Translations under genes and position numbers: made by a program
Part shown: piece by piece, positions 18,179 to 28,082 of the stretch
Layout of the letters: the number at the start of each line of letters is the position of its first letter
How positions within the stretch are numbered: the first letter of the stretch is position 1
NCBI GenBank assembly: GCA_035307985.1
Contig: DATGHM010000019.1
Span: 16,076 to 80,075 of the forward strand
Direction of reading: 5' to 3'
DNA length: 64,000 nucleotides
Source of the DNA: Candidatus Acidiferrales bacterium
GTDB taxonomy: Bacteria > Acidobacteriota > Terriglobia > Acidiferrales > UBA7541
Notes under the pieces: generated by a model
Told to the model about the DNA's origin: nothing
The model's input: only the letters and a program-made list of their open reading frames with translations
Databases searched by the model: none

Positions 18179-19105
18179 TCATGCCTTCACGGGCGAGCGG
18201 GCTCGGCTGGAGGCGCTGCCATCGTAGTTTCCGCGCAGTCGACGCGCGATTGCGGCGCGAATTTGCGGGATGGCGGCTTTGGTGGCGGCCATGCCGGCCG
18301 CGACGAGCTGCGGCGTCTTGACGAACTCATCCCAAAGAATATCGTGAACATCCGGTTCGATCAGGACGTCGGTTGCATCGCGCCAGGGTTGGTGCGCCGT
18401 CTGTTGCATGATGGAAAACGAACGGCTGATCACTTCGATGGTATTGCGAGGCGGGTTGCTGAGCACGCCGGGCTCAAGATTCACGGAGATGACCACCTGC
18501 GCGCCCATCCGGCGGGCGCACACCGCGGGTACCGACTCCGTCAGGAAACCGTCGACCAGCACGCGATCGTGATCCGCGATGGGCAGAAAGAGGCCGGGAT
18601 AGGCGCAGGAGGCGCGAATGGCGGGACCGATTTCGCCCTTCGTGAAATAGGAGGAGTCGCCGGCCAGCAGGTTGGTGGCGACGATGCCAAGAGGGATTTT
18701 CATCTCCTCAAAATGGCGCAGGAGGGTGAACTTGCGGAGGAAATCCTCGAGGCGCTCATTGGAGGCCATGCCCATGCGGGAAATGGTCCAGCGGCCGAAA
18801 TCGCGGAAGCGGGTCTCGGCACCCTGGCGTTCCATGTCCTCGGTGGTGCTGCCGCTGGCGTAGGCGGCCGCGATCAGTGCGCCAACGCTGGTGCCGGCGA
18901 TGCAATCGATGGGAATGCCGCTCAGTTCGAGTTCGCGAATAACGCCGACGTGAGCGATGCCGCGCGCGAAGCCTCCTCCGAGCGCGAGGCCGATGAGAGG
19001 GCGGTTCTCTTCGCCGGCGTAGGCGAACGAACGCAGGCCTTTCACAGCACTGTCGATCCATTTGAACACAGCGCCCAAGGTTGTCCCCACCGTTCCTGAA
19101 TACAC
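18179..19105 (-). CDS. patatin-like phospholipase
   Basis: GGGFARG oxyanion motif, GTSVG nucleophile elbow, VDGF catalytic Asp. Confidence 0.9.
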   Translation of the reverse strand: MYSGTVGTTLGAVFKWIDSAVKGLRSFAYAGEENRPLIGLALGGGFARGIAHVGVIRELELSGIPIDCIAGTSVGALIAAAYASGSTTEDMERQGAETRFRDFGRWTISRMGMASNERLEDFLRKFTLLRHFEEMKIPLGIVATNLLAGDSSYFTKGEIGPAIRASCAYPGLFLPIADHDRVLVDGFLTESVPAVCARRMGAQVVISVNLEPGVLSNPPRNTIEVISRSFSIMQQTAHQPWRDATDVLIEPDVHDILWDEFVKTPQLVAAGMAATKAAIPQIRAAIARRLRGNYDGSASSRARSPVKA

Positions 19106-19260
19106 TCTAGCGCACTTCTCGCCCGGCAGCGTTTCCGATTGACCGCGCGGCGCTGGGTTTGCAACGATGTCCGTTCCCGCGCCGGCACGGAACCAATCAT
19201 TTGCCGGAAATCGAAAGGGCCTCCGAGCCGCGGCGAAGAAAGCGTGAGGCTCAAAAATCC

Positions 19261-21684
19261 GTGAAGCAGCGAATCGATCGAGTGGCCGTACTGGGAGCCG
19301 GAACGATGGGCGCGCGCATCGCCGCGCACCTGGCGAACGCCGGCGTTCCCTGCTACCTGCTCGACATCGTTCCTCCTGAATTGAACGCGGAAGAAAAGAG
19401 GAAGGGACTGAGTCTCGAAAGCGCTGCGGTGCGGAATCGCATCGTGGTGGCGGGACTCGAGGCGGCGAAAAAGTCGCGGCCCGCGGCGCTCTTTACCCCG
19501 GAAACGGCCCGGCTGATCACGCCTGGAAACCTGGCAGACAATCTCGCGTGGTGCGGCGAAGTGGATTGGATCATCGAAGCGGTCGCGGAAAACCTGGAAA
19601 TCAAGGGAAGGCTTTTCGAACGAGTCGAGACGGTGCGCAAGCCGGGCACGATCGTGACAACGAATACGTCGGGCCTGCCGATTCGCCTGATTGCGGAGGG
19701 TCGTTCGGCGGATTTTCAGGAACATTGGGCCGGGACGCACTTTTTCAACCCTCCGCGCTACATGAAACTGGTCGAGCTGATTCCCGGGCCGAAGACGCGG
19801 CCCGAGGCGCTCGATCTTCTGAGCGAGTTTTGCGACCTGCGGCTGGGCAAAGGCGTGGTGGTGGCGAAAGACACGCCAAACTTCATCGCGAATCGTGTCG
19901 GCACATTTTCCGTGCTCAACGTGCTGCGACAGATGCAGGAGCTAGACATGACGATCGAGGAGGTGGATGCGTGCACGGGGCCGGCCATCGGCCAGCCGAA
20001 GTCGGCGACGTTTCGAACGGCGGACATTGTGGGTCTGGACGTGCTGGTCCACGTGGTGAGGAATATTTACGAGAACATTCCAGACGACGAATCGCGCGAG
20101 ATGTATCGCCTACCGCCTCTCGTCGAGGAAATGATCAAGCGCGGCCTGCTGGGCGAAAAGACGGGCGGCGGATTCTACAAGCGGGTGAAGAGGGGCGGCG
20201 AATCGGAAATTCTCACGGTCGACTGGCACACGATGGAGTACCGGCCGCGACAGAAGGCGAAGTTCGGGTCGATCGAGGCGGGGAAAGCGGTTGAAGACAC
20301 GCGGCAGCGATTGCGCATGCTGGTTGGGCCGGCGCTGGAGGGCAAGGCCGGCGACAAAGCCAATCAACTGCTGTGGGCGACGCTGAGCGAAACGTGTTTG
20401 TACGCGGCGCGGCGCGTTCCTGAAATCGCGGATTCGATTGTGGACGTGGATCGCGCGATGCGCTGGGGATTCGCGTGGGAACTGGGGCCGTTCGAGGTGT
20501 GGGACGCGATCGGCGTCGAGCGTATGACGAAGGCGCTCGAGCGGGAAGGCAAGGCCATTCCACCGATCGTGGAAAACGCGCTCGCGTCGCCCAAGAAATC
20601 CTTCTACGAAAGCGAAAAGGGCCGGACGGGCTACTTCGATCTCGGGAGCGACGCGCTGAAGCCGGTCGAAGAACCGGCGGGAATCATCGTCCTGAAGGCT
20701 CTGAAAGAGCGGACGGGCGTGGTGCAGGAAAATGCGGGCGCGAGCCTGATCGATCTGGGCGACGGCGTTTTGTGCTGCGAGTTCCACTCGAAGATGAACG
20801 CGATCGGGGCGGACATCGTCGCGATGATTCATGCGGGCGTCGGCCGGCTGGGCGCGCAATTCGACGCGATGGTGATCGCGAACCAGGCGCCCAATTTTTC
20901 CGTGGGCGCGAACCTGATGCTGCTGCTGATCGGCGCGCAGGAAGGCGAATGGGAAGACATCCACCTGGCGGTGCGGCAATTCCAACGCTGCAATATGGCC
21001 ATCAAGTATGCGCCGGGGCCGGTGGTGGTGGCGCCGCAAGGCATGGCGCTGGGCGGCGGATGCGAGATCAGCCTGCACGGCGCGCGAATCCACGCCGCAG
21101 CGGAAACGTACATGGGCTTGGTCGAGGCAGGAGTGGGATTGATACCCGGAGGCGGGGGGACCAAAGAAATGCTGATCCGCGCGAACGAACACGCGGCGGG
21201 CGGCGAGGACCTCGACCTGTTCCACACGCTGAAGCCGGTATTTGAGACGATCGCGATGGCGAAGGTGTCGACCAGCGGCGAGGAAGCGCGGTCGCTCGAC
21301 TTTCTGCGGCGTTCAGACCTGATCGCGATGAATCGCGACCGGCAGGTGGCGGACGCGAAGGAGACGGCGCTCGCCATGGTCCGAGCGGGATACCATCCGC
21401 CGGCGCCTGCGGAGATTCGCGTTCTGGGCGAGGAGTTTCTGGCGGCGGCGAAACTCGCGATTCACATGATGGTTCGCGGCGAATACGCGAGCGAGCATGA
21501 CGCGGTGGTTGCGCGCAAGCTGGCGTATATACTGGCGGGCGGCGGCATCACCGCCCCGCAAATCGTATCGGAACAATACGTTCTGGACCTGGAGCGCGAG
21601 GCCTTCGTCAGCCTGTGCGGCGAACGGAAAACGCAGGAGCGCATCGCGCATACACTCAAGACGGGGAAGCCGTTGCGCAATTGA
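19261..21684 (+). CDS. 3-hydroxyacyl-CoA dehydrogenase / enoyl-CoA hydratase fusion (FadB/FadJ-like)
   Basis: Track ORF 19159..21684. The likely start is the GTG at 19261, just before the Rossmann motif VAVLGAGTMGARIA. A crotonase-like C-terminal half follows. Confidence 0.9.
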   Translation: MKQRIDRVAVLGAGTMGARIAAHLANAGVPCYLLDIVPPELNAEEKRKGLSLESAAVRNRIVVAGLEAAKKSRPAALFTPETARLITPGNLADNLAWCGEVDWIIEAVAENLEIKGRLFERVETVRKPGTIVTTNTSGLPIRLIAEGRSADFQEHWAGTHFFNPPRYMKLVELIPGPKTRPEALDLLSEFCDLRLGKGVVVAKDTPNFIANRVGTFSVLNVLRQMQELDMTIEEVDACTGPAIGQPKSATFRTADIVGLDVLVHVVRNIYENIPDDESREMYRLPPLVEEMIKRGLLGEKTGGGFYKRVKRGGESEILTVDWHTMEYRPRQKAKFGSIEAGKAVEDTRQRLRMLVGPALEGKAGDKANQLLWATLSETCLYAARRVPEIADSIVDVDRAMRWGFAWELGPFEVWDAIGVERMTKALEREGKAIPPIVENALASPKKSFYESEKGRTGYFDLGSDALKPVEEPAGIIVLKALKERTGVVQENAGASLIDLGDGVLCCEFHSKMNAIGADIVAMIHAGVGRLGAQFDAMVIANQAPNFSVGANLMLLLIGAQEGEWEDIHLAVRQFQRCNMAIKYAPGPVVVAPQGMALGGGCEISLHGARIHAAAETYMGLVEAGVGLIPGGGGTKEMLIRANEHAAGGEDLDLFHTLKPVFETIAMAKVSTSGEEARSLDFLRRSDLIAMNRDRQVADAKETALAMVRAGYHPPAPAEIRVLGEEFLAAAKLAIHMMVRGEYASEHDAVVARKLAYILAGGGITAPQIVSEQYVLDLEREAFVSLCGERKTQERIAHTLKTGKPLRN

Positions 21685-21929
21685 TTGGGCGGATGCCGCA
21701 CGAATCGACGGAACGCTGAAGAGATCGAACCGCTTTTGTTCTGCGGCCTCCATTTGCTCTCCGAATCTTGGTTGGTGAATTGGCTATGCGGCGGTTGAAG
21801 ACAGGTAAGCCTTTGCGGAATTGATAAGGCGGATGCGACACGAATCGACGGAACGCTGAAGAGATCGAACCCCTTTTGTTTTGCGGCCTCCATTTGCTCT
21901 CGAATTTTGGTTGGCGAATTGGCTATGCA
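21655..21929. repeat. 140-bp tandem duplication including the last 9 codons plus stop of the fadB-like gene
   Basis: ctcaagacggggaagccgttgcgcaattga (gene) versus ttgaagacaggtaagcctttgcggaattga at 21795. Both are followed by near-identical ~105 nt. Confidence 0.8.
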
Positions 21930-21988
21930 GCGCCACCTTGCTATCCAGCAGTCTTTCAGGGTCTGTGTCTGATGTTGCGGAAGGAACA

Positions 21989-22165
21989 ATGAGAGCGACG
22001 GCGAATGCAGAGGCAAGGCTTGATCGATGGATGTGGGTCTTCGCCAGGGTTTGGGGATACGTCGTTCTCTTGACTGCGTCGGTGATCGTGCCTCTGAATT
22101 TATGGCTTGCTTGGCAGGACGATGACAGTCAAAACGAGCGTTTCGGCAGGCTTATCTGCACTTGA
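21989..22165 (+). CDS. hypothetical small membrane protein (uncertain)
   Basis: Internal ATG of track ORF 21881..22165 with GGAAGGA upstream. One TM helix, WVFARVWGYVVLLTASVIVPL. Confidence 0.3.
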   Translation: MRATANAEARLDRWMWVFARVWGYVVLLTASVIVPLNLWLAWQDDDSQNERFGRLICT

Positions 22166-22424
22166 GCCACGAAGCGGGCAACTTTTCTCGCGGGAAGGTG
22201 TTCTTACATTGCGGAAACCGACTCATGGGGTTGGGAGTCCAATAATGGGAAGGGTGATTCTGGGGCGAGTGTCTGGGCTGTACTTCGGGAACTTATTTCA
22301 AGAGATCGTGGAATAGTAAGGCGGGGCCTAAGGCGACCGCGAACCGGCGTGTCCTAGCGTGGGGCCGCCGGCAGGCACAGAAATAGCCGCAGGATGACGC
22401 CCTGACCGCAATCTGGAGAAGATC

Positions 22425-22943
22425 ATGATTCGGTGTTGGAAGTCGTGGATACCATTCGTTCTGTTGGCGCCGGCGATAGGCCTGGTGGGTGCGCATTCGC
22501 TGAATGCGCAGACGCGGTCTTCAGCCGGAGTGCCGACGAGTAATACGATGGTTCCTTCGTACGACCTGGCCAAGGAAGTAAGGGTACAGGGCACGATCGA
22601 GAAGATCGACGGCTTCGGAACGAGCGGGCCGATCGGGACGCACATTTACATTCAGACCGCCGCGGGAACCATCGACGCGCATCTGGGATTCGGAGCGGCG
22701 AGCAAGCCCGGCCATCTCGGCATTGCGCCGGGGCAGAGCGTAACGGTCATCGGAATGATGGAAATCGTTGGGCGCACGAATGTCCTGATTGCGCGAATCC
22801 TGACGACGCCGAACCATATTTTCGTTCTCCGAAATGAGCACGGGGTTCCGATTCGCGGAATTCCGCACGGAAGCGCGCGCGCAAAGACCTTTTTCAGCTA
22901 CGCACCTTCCACCGGCCGAGAAAGCGCGTGGAAAACTCTGTGA
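22425..22943 (+). CDS. secreted hypothetical protein
   Basis: 172 aa with GGAGAAG RBS and signal peptide WIPFVLLAPAIGLVGAHSLNA. Confidence 0.6.
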   Translation: MIRCWKSWIPFVLLAPAIGLVGAHSLNAQTRSSAGVPTSNTMVPSYDLAKEVRVQGTIEKIDGFGTSGPIGTHIYIQTAAGTIDAHLGFGAASKPGHLGIAPGQSVTVIGMMEIVGRTNVLIARILTTPNHIFVLRNEHGVPIRGIPHGSARAKTFFSYAPSTGRESAWKTL

Positions 22944-23005
22944 AGTCACACGGCAGTATTCTGCTGCGTTCGCTGTTTTCCTCACAGTTTGCCGCAAGAA
23001 CTTCC

Positions 23006-25057
23006 ATGGCGGTCGTGTTTTGCGCGTTGTGCGTGATGTGTGTGGGCGGATGCGGGAGCAGTGGGAACAGCGGTTCGGGATCCGGAGGAGGATCGGGAGG
23101 CCCCACGCCGAGTTCGAGCGGACTGACGATCTATCCGGCGATGGCGAGCGTTCCGGTGGGCGGCCAGGCCGTGTTCACGGGCTACGTTCCGAGTCAGCCC
23201 AATTCGACGATCACGTGGGCGGTGAGCGGATCTTCCAACGGCACGATCAGTTCCAGTGGCGTGTACACCGCGCCTTCTTCAGTGCCGAGCCCGGCGCAGA
23301 TCGCCGTGACCGCGACATCCGGAAATTTTTCGGCGACTGCGGTAGTGACCGTGACGTCGACGCAAGGGCTGGCAGTGAGTCCGGCAGCCGTATCCGTCCC
23401 GGCGGGAGGGCAGACGATATTCGCCGCTACGATGAATGGCGCACCAGCCACAGGCGTGACCTGGGAAGTGAACGGCACCCCGGGCGGCGACGGCGTTCAT
23501 GGAACGATCGACAGCAGCGGCACTTATACGGCGCCGCCTTCACCGCCCCCGGGCGGCTCGACCGTGATTACGGCGACGGCGGGAGGAAGCTCCGGCACGG
23601 CGACGGCGACGATTGTTTTCTCGAATGCGTCCCTGAACGGAAATTACTCGTTTTCGTATGCCGGCGACGACGGTTCTGGATTTTTCGCGATTGCCGGACA
23701 GTTCACGGCGGATCCCAATTCGGGGACGATTACGGGAACGGAGGACTCAATCGATGGGGCGAATGGTCCGTCGAGGGGGCAAGCGGTGAGCGGCACGTAT
23801 TCGATCGGCCCCGATGGGCGAGGTTCAGTGGACCTGACAGGCAGCACCGGCGAGATCCTGCAGATTGTCCTGTCCTCCGATCAGCATGCGCTGCTGATCA
23901 ATTTCAATCAGGGGAACGCGACAGGAAGCGGGACGATCGACCAGCAAACCAGCGCTACGGCGCTCGCGACGGGCCGCTATATCTTTCAGCTTTCGGGGCT
24001 GGACGGAAGTGGCGCTACAACCGGAACGGTCGGAACGTTCACGAGTTTCGGCAGCGGAACGCTGGCCCCGGCTTCGGGTGGGAACGTGATCGATGTGAAC
24101 GACGCCGGGTCAGTGACCAGCGACGACACATCCCTGACCGGCACGTACAGCACAGCCAGCCTATCGCTGCAGAGCAGCGCCCTGACAACGCTCACCGGCG
24201 GCACGGCGACCTTCGACTACTTCGTGGTGAACGCGCGGCATCTTCGCCTGATCGAGACGGACGGGAACGCGTTCCTGGTGGGAGACGTCTTCGCGGCGCC
24301 GGTCGTGCCTTCGGGAGGCTACAACTCGACACTGCTGGCGAGCGGAAGCTACGCCTTTACAATAGGCGGTGCGACGAATAGCCCGTACGCCGCGGGCGGC
24401 GTCTTTGTCTCGGATGGCGGCGGGACAAGCGCGACCACCAGCGGCAACATCACCGGGGGCGTGTTCGACAACAATAACGGCGGCGCCCACTTCCAAACGG
24501 ACGCCGCGCTGAAGAGTACGACGTATGGCGTGGACCAGAATACGGGACGGATATCGAGTTCGATCAGCACCGCCGCGGGCACGTTCGATTGGGCGGGATA
24601 TGTCACCTCGCCGGTCGATCCGACGAAGCCGAATTCGGTGGAGGTGCTGATGTTGGAAACGGACTCGAATGCGAGCGCGAGCGGCGTGGCCTATCTTCAG
24701 TCGTCAACGGCGCAGCCGAGCGGGAGCTTCGGTCTCAACTTGACCGGACAAGCGATCGGGAACACTGCCGGGGAGCAGGACGTGCTGGCGCAGATCGGGC
24801 TCAGCGGAACAACGTTGACGGGCACCATGGATATCAACAACTTCGCGCTCGGCCAGATCCAGAGCGGACTGAATATCGCGAGCAGCCGGAGCACGATTAC
24901 GTCAACGGACGGGAACGGCCGCGGAACCGCGACAATCGCGGCCGCCAATGGCGCATCGTTCCCCGTGGCCTACTATGTTGTGGATTCCAATTCCGTGCTG
25001 ATGCTTGAGACCGACAACCAGCGGGTGATGACGGGAATCATGCTGAAACAGTTCTAG
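23006..25057 (+). CDS. Ig-like (Big_2-type) repeat lipoprotein
   Basis: Track ORF 22928..25057. ATG at 23006 gives MAVVFCALCVMCVGGC (lipobox). Repeated ..V.F.A.V.G..N..V.W.V..G.I...G.YTAP.. modules. Confidence 0.75.
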   Translation: MAVVFCALCVMCVGGCGSSGNSGSGSGGGSGGPTPSSSGLTIYPAMASVPVGGQAVFTGYVPSQPNSTITWAVSGSSNGTISSSGVYTAPSSVPSPAQIAVTATSGNFSATAVVTVTSTQGLAVSPAAVSVPAGGQTIFAATMNGAPATGVTWEVNGTPGGDGVHGTIDSSGTYTAPPSPPPGGSTVITATAGGSSGTATATIVFSNASLNGNYSFSYAGDDGSGFFAIAGQFTADPNSGTITGTEDSIDGANGPSRGQAVSGTYSIGPDGRGSVDLTGSTGEILQIVLSSDQHALLINFNQGNATGSGTIDQQTSATALATGRYIFQLSGLDGSGATTGTVGTFTSFGSGTLAPASGGNVIDVNDAGSVTSDDTSLTGTYSTASLSLQSSALTTLTGGTATFDYFVVNARHLRLIETDGNAFLVGDVFAAPVVPSGGYNSTLLASGSYAFTIGGATNSPYAAGGVFVSDGGGTSATTSGNITGGVFDNNNGGAHFQTDAALKSTTYGVDQNTGRISSSISTAAGTFDWAGYVTSPVDPTKPNSVEVLMLETDSNASASGVAYLQSSTAQPSGSFGLNLTGQAIGNTAGEQDVLAQIGLSGTTLTGTMDINNFALGQIQSGLNIASSRSTITSTDGNGRGTATIAAANGASFPVAYYVVDSNSVLMLETDNQRVMTGIMLKQF

Positions 25058-25160
25058 CCGCCGGCGGTCGTCTTTTTAGGTCGCTTTTCCGATCGTTCTT
25101 CTGTTTGGCAATTCAAAACACGGTTTCGACTCCTGCCGTGCGGCAATCTCTATACGATGT

Positions 25161-26105
25161 ATGCTGAACGAACCTGCTATGCGCGTCCTGCCTGCGCGAT
25201 TTCGCGGATTTCCGCTCGTAATAGTAGCGGCGCTGCTTTTCGTTTCGGGCTGCGCGAATCGCGCGTCTGACGACGGCAGCAGGAAAGAGGCGGGTCCGCG
25301 CACGCTCGTCTTCATGACGGACTTTGGCACCGCCAATGATTCCGTGGCGATTTGCAAGGCGGTGATCCTCGGGATTGCTCCGGACGCGCGGATCATGGAC
25401 ATCACGCACCGGGTGACGCCCTACTCGATCGAAGAAGGCGCCCGCTTCCTCGCGGGCGTGACGCCGTATTATCCGGCGGGAACGATTTTTCTCGCGGTGG
25501 TCGATCCGGGAGTGGGAACGTCCCGGAAAGCGGTGATCGTGAAGACGAGAAAAGGACAATTTTTCGTGCTGCCGGACAACGGGCTGATCACGCCCGTAGC
25601 CGACCGCGACGGGATCGAAGCGGCGCGGGAAATCACGAATCAGGCGTGGATGATCGGGGACGCGATTTCGTCCACGTTCCACGGGCGGGACATTTTCTCC
25701 CCTGCAGCAGCGCACCTGGCCGCGGGTGAGGATTGGACGCTCGCCGGGCCTGAGGTGAGGCAACTGGTCCGGTTAAGCCCGCGGACCGCGACAGTCGAAA
25801 AGAAGGGGATCACGGGCGCCGTAATCGGGCTGGACGATCCGTTTGGAAGCCTGATCACCAATATTTCAGGAGAGGATTTCCGGAAGCTGGGATACACGCT
25901 CGGCGAAAAACTGAACGTCAAGATCGACAAGGTTTTCTACACGATTCCGTACGTGAGGACGTTCATGGACGTTCCAGTTGGGGAGCCGTTGCTCTACGCG
26001 AATTCCCGAGGCTTTGTGGGAGTGGCCCTGAATCAAGGCGACTTTTCCGCGAAGCACAAAATCAACCCGCCAGTCCCCATATTCATTCCCCGCAAAGGCG
26101 AGTGA
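25161..26105 (+). CDS. SAM hydrolase / SAM-dependent halogenase family protein (DUF62) with lipoprotein signal
   Basis: LVFMTDFGTANDSVAICKAVI..IMDITHRV..FLAVVDPGVGTSRKAVIV..FFVLPDNGLIT matches the DUF62 core. The N-terminus is RFRGFPLVIVAALLFVSGC. Confidence 0.85.
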   Translation: MLNEPAMRVLPARFRGFPLVIVAALLFVSGCANRASDDGSRKEAGPRTLVFMTDFGTANDSVAICKAVILGIAPDARIMDITHRVTPYSIEEGARFLAGVTPYYPAGTIFLAVVDPGVGTSRKAVIVKTRKGQFFVLPDNGLITPVADRDGIEAAREITNQAWMIGDAISSTFHGRDIFSPAAAHLAAGEDWTLAGPEVRQLVRLSPRTATVEKKGITGAVIGLDDPFGSLITNISGEDFRKLGYTLGEKLNVKIDKVFYTIPYVRTFMDVPVGEPLLYANSRGFVGVALNQGDFSAKHKINPPVPIFIPRKGE

Positions 26106-26273
26106 CTTCCCAGGTCACAAGCACGTCCCTTCTCCAGAGACTTTCGTACACGAAAAGATCACCCGCCGGTACGAAAGTACTATTGCTATGGTTCTAGTAC
26201 TCCATGGACAATCGAACCTCAAACGGGCAGGACCTAACCACAAGGGGCCGGCCGAACGGCCGCGAATCTCAGA

Positions 26274-28082
26274 ATGGCGCCAGTGACCAAGGAAACGCTT
26301 GAAGTCGGCAACTCCACGCAGCCATCCGCACAGCCAGAATCCAGTTTGCAACCGAAGGGAAGCGCCGGACATTCGCGATCCGATGTAGTTTCGCTTGAAG
26401 TGCCGGTGAAGGTGCACGGTTCGCGCTACGTCTCGGGCGATGACGCGGCTTCGCAGACGGAGCGGTTCGAAGAGCAGACCGCCACGATGATCGTTTTCCC
26501 GGAGGGTGGCGTGCTGCGAATGGCGACCGCGGTCAGCGCCGGGCAAATGCTGGTGCTCACGAACTTGAAATCGCGGCAGGACGCGATTTGCCGCGTGGTG
26601 AAGGTCCGCAACTTCCCGAACGCGCACCATTATGTGGAAGTGGAATTCACGCGGCCGCAACCGGGATATTGGGGCGTTTATTTTCCTTCGCAAGGCCACG
26701 TGAGCGCACCCAAGCCTTCCACGGGTCAAACGGCGCCGCAGGCAAGCTCAAAAATCTCGCTCGAAGCTCCGCCAAAGGCCGCAACACCACCGCCGCCGCC
26801 CGCAGCGAGACCGGTGGAAACGAGACTCGATTCGAAAGAAGCCAGGCCGACGACAAGGCCGCCCGCCCCTGCGACTCGGGCGCCAGCGGCGAAACCGGCG
26901 TCCACATTTGTCTCGCTGGGAACGAAAGAAGAAGTCCAGCCGGCCGCCGCGGCGACACGCGAACTGCATCCCGGCGGGACATCCCGGGAACTCGGGTCCA
27001 AGACCTTCCCGATCGAAGAGACCACAAAGAGCGCTGATGTGGCGCTGGAGTCGACGACCACGGACGCTACGTCTGCCGACGTGGATTTCTCCTCTGAGGA
27101 CCTGAACGGCGCGTCGGGGAACCCGACACCCGCTGCGGAAGGCGCGAGCGAGTTCGGCGAATTCTTTGGAGCCCACAGGGGCTCCGGAAGCGCAGCCGAA
27201 GAGTCGACTTCCCCCGAACGGTACCAGAACTGGATGCTTGTTGCGGTGGGCGTCGCAGCTCTGTTCGTCACGGTTGCCGGGGGCGCATGGTTTTTCCACG
27301 CGAGAACGGCTCGGAACAATGGCAGTGCGAGCAATCCCGCGGCAACGGCGGCGACTTCCTCGGTTGAGCAGCGAAACGCTTCGGTACCGCAGCAATCTGC
27401 GGTTCCAGTAGCGCCAGTGCCTGCTCCGAGCGGCTCAAGTGCGGCCGAGACGCATGGACCGGCGGGCACACAGCGCGAGCCGCAACTGAGCGCCTCGTTG
27501 CGGGCAACCGCTCCTGCGGGGAGATCTGCCTCTGGGCCTGCGCAGGAAACCGCCAATCGCGCTCCGGCAGCACAAGCGCAACCCGCTGCGGTGCAGACGT
27601 CACCTGCGGCGGCGGCAGAAAATCCACGGAGGCTGCTCAGCGCGGCGAGCCTGAAGGCGCACCCGCTCTCTTCTCAGCGTCCGACTAGCTCGGTCAACCA
27701 GGCGCCTGTGATTGACGCAACGGCAGACGCTTCCCAGCCAGGAAGCGTGCCAATTCCCGGATCGTCCAGTCTGGCCTTGCCGCCCCCAACGCCCGAAGGT
27801 CCCGTTCGTGTCGGTGGGACGGTGAAGGAGCCACGGCTCATCTCGACTGTCATGCCGGTCTACCCGTTGGCTGCCAGAACGGCACACATTCAGGGTGACG
27901 TCCTGATTGACACGCAGGTCAGCAAGAGCGGAAGGGTCGGGCATATGAACGTGGTTTCCGGGCCGATGATCCTGCGCCAGGCGGCCCTGGACGCGCTTCG
28001 GAGGTGGAAGTACGAGCCTTCCCAACTGGACGGCAAGCCCGTCGACGTTGAGCTGTTGATTAAGATCCAGTTCCGCCTGTAA
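26274..28082 (+). CDS. TonB-family protein with long Pro/Ala-rich linker and N-terminal beta-rich domain
   Basis: The C-terminus VYPLAARTAHIQGDVLIDTQVSKSGRVGHMNVVSGPMILRQAALDALRRWKYEP is a TonB_C domain. One TM helix, NWMLVAVGVAALFVTVAGGAWFF. Confidence 0.8.
   Translation: MAPVTKETLEVGNSTQPSAQPESSLQPKGSAGHSRSDVVSLEVPVKVHGSRYVSGDDAASQTERFEEQTATMIVFPEGGVLRMATAVSAGQMLVLTNLKSRQDAICRVVKVRNFPNAHHYVEVEFTRPQPGYWGVYFPSQGHVSAPKPSTGQTAPQASSKISLEAPPKAATPPPPPAARPVETRLDSKEARPTTRPPAPATRAPAAKPASTFVSLGTKEEVQPAAAATRELHPGGTSRELGSKTFPIEETTKSADVALESTTTDATSADVDFSSEDLNGASGNPTPAAEGASEFGEFFGAHRGSGSAAEESTSPERYQNWMLVAVGVAALFVTVAGGAWFFHARTARNNGSASNPAATAATSSVEQRNASVPQQSAVPVAPVPAPSGSSAAETHGPAGTQREPQLSASLRATAPAGRSASGPAQETANRAPAAQAQPAAVQTSPAAAAENPRRLLSAASLKAHPLSSQRPTSSVNQAPVIDATADASQPGSVPIPGSSSLALPPPTPEGPVRVGGTVKEPRLISTVMPVYPLAARTAHIQGDVLIDTQVSKSGRVGHMNVVSGPMILRQAALDALRRWKYEPSQLDGKPVDVELLIKIQFRL

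Noticed and set aside
21656-22016. Minus-strand ORFs (61, 146 and 184 aa) across the 140-bp tandem repeat
   Set aside because: They are created by the repeat sequence itself, with no RBS and no coding signal.
25058-25077. Palindrome CCGCCGGCGG plus T-run after the Ig-like lipoprotein gene as a terminator
   Set aside because: The stem would be only about 4 bp with a 2-nt loop, which is too weak to call.
26106-26273. AT-rich gap with small hairpins (CTTTCGT-aca-CGAAAG, GTAC-gaaa-GTAC, AGTACT x2) as a riboswitch
   Set aside because: I recognise no known riboswitch core in it. It is most simply a promoter/operator region for the TonB-type gene.
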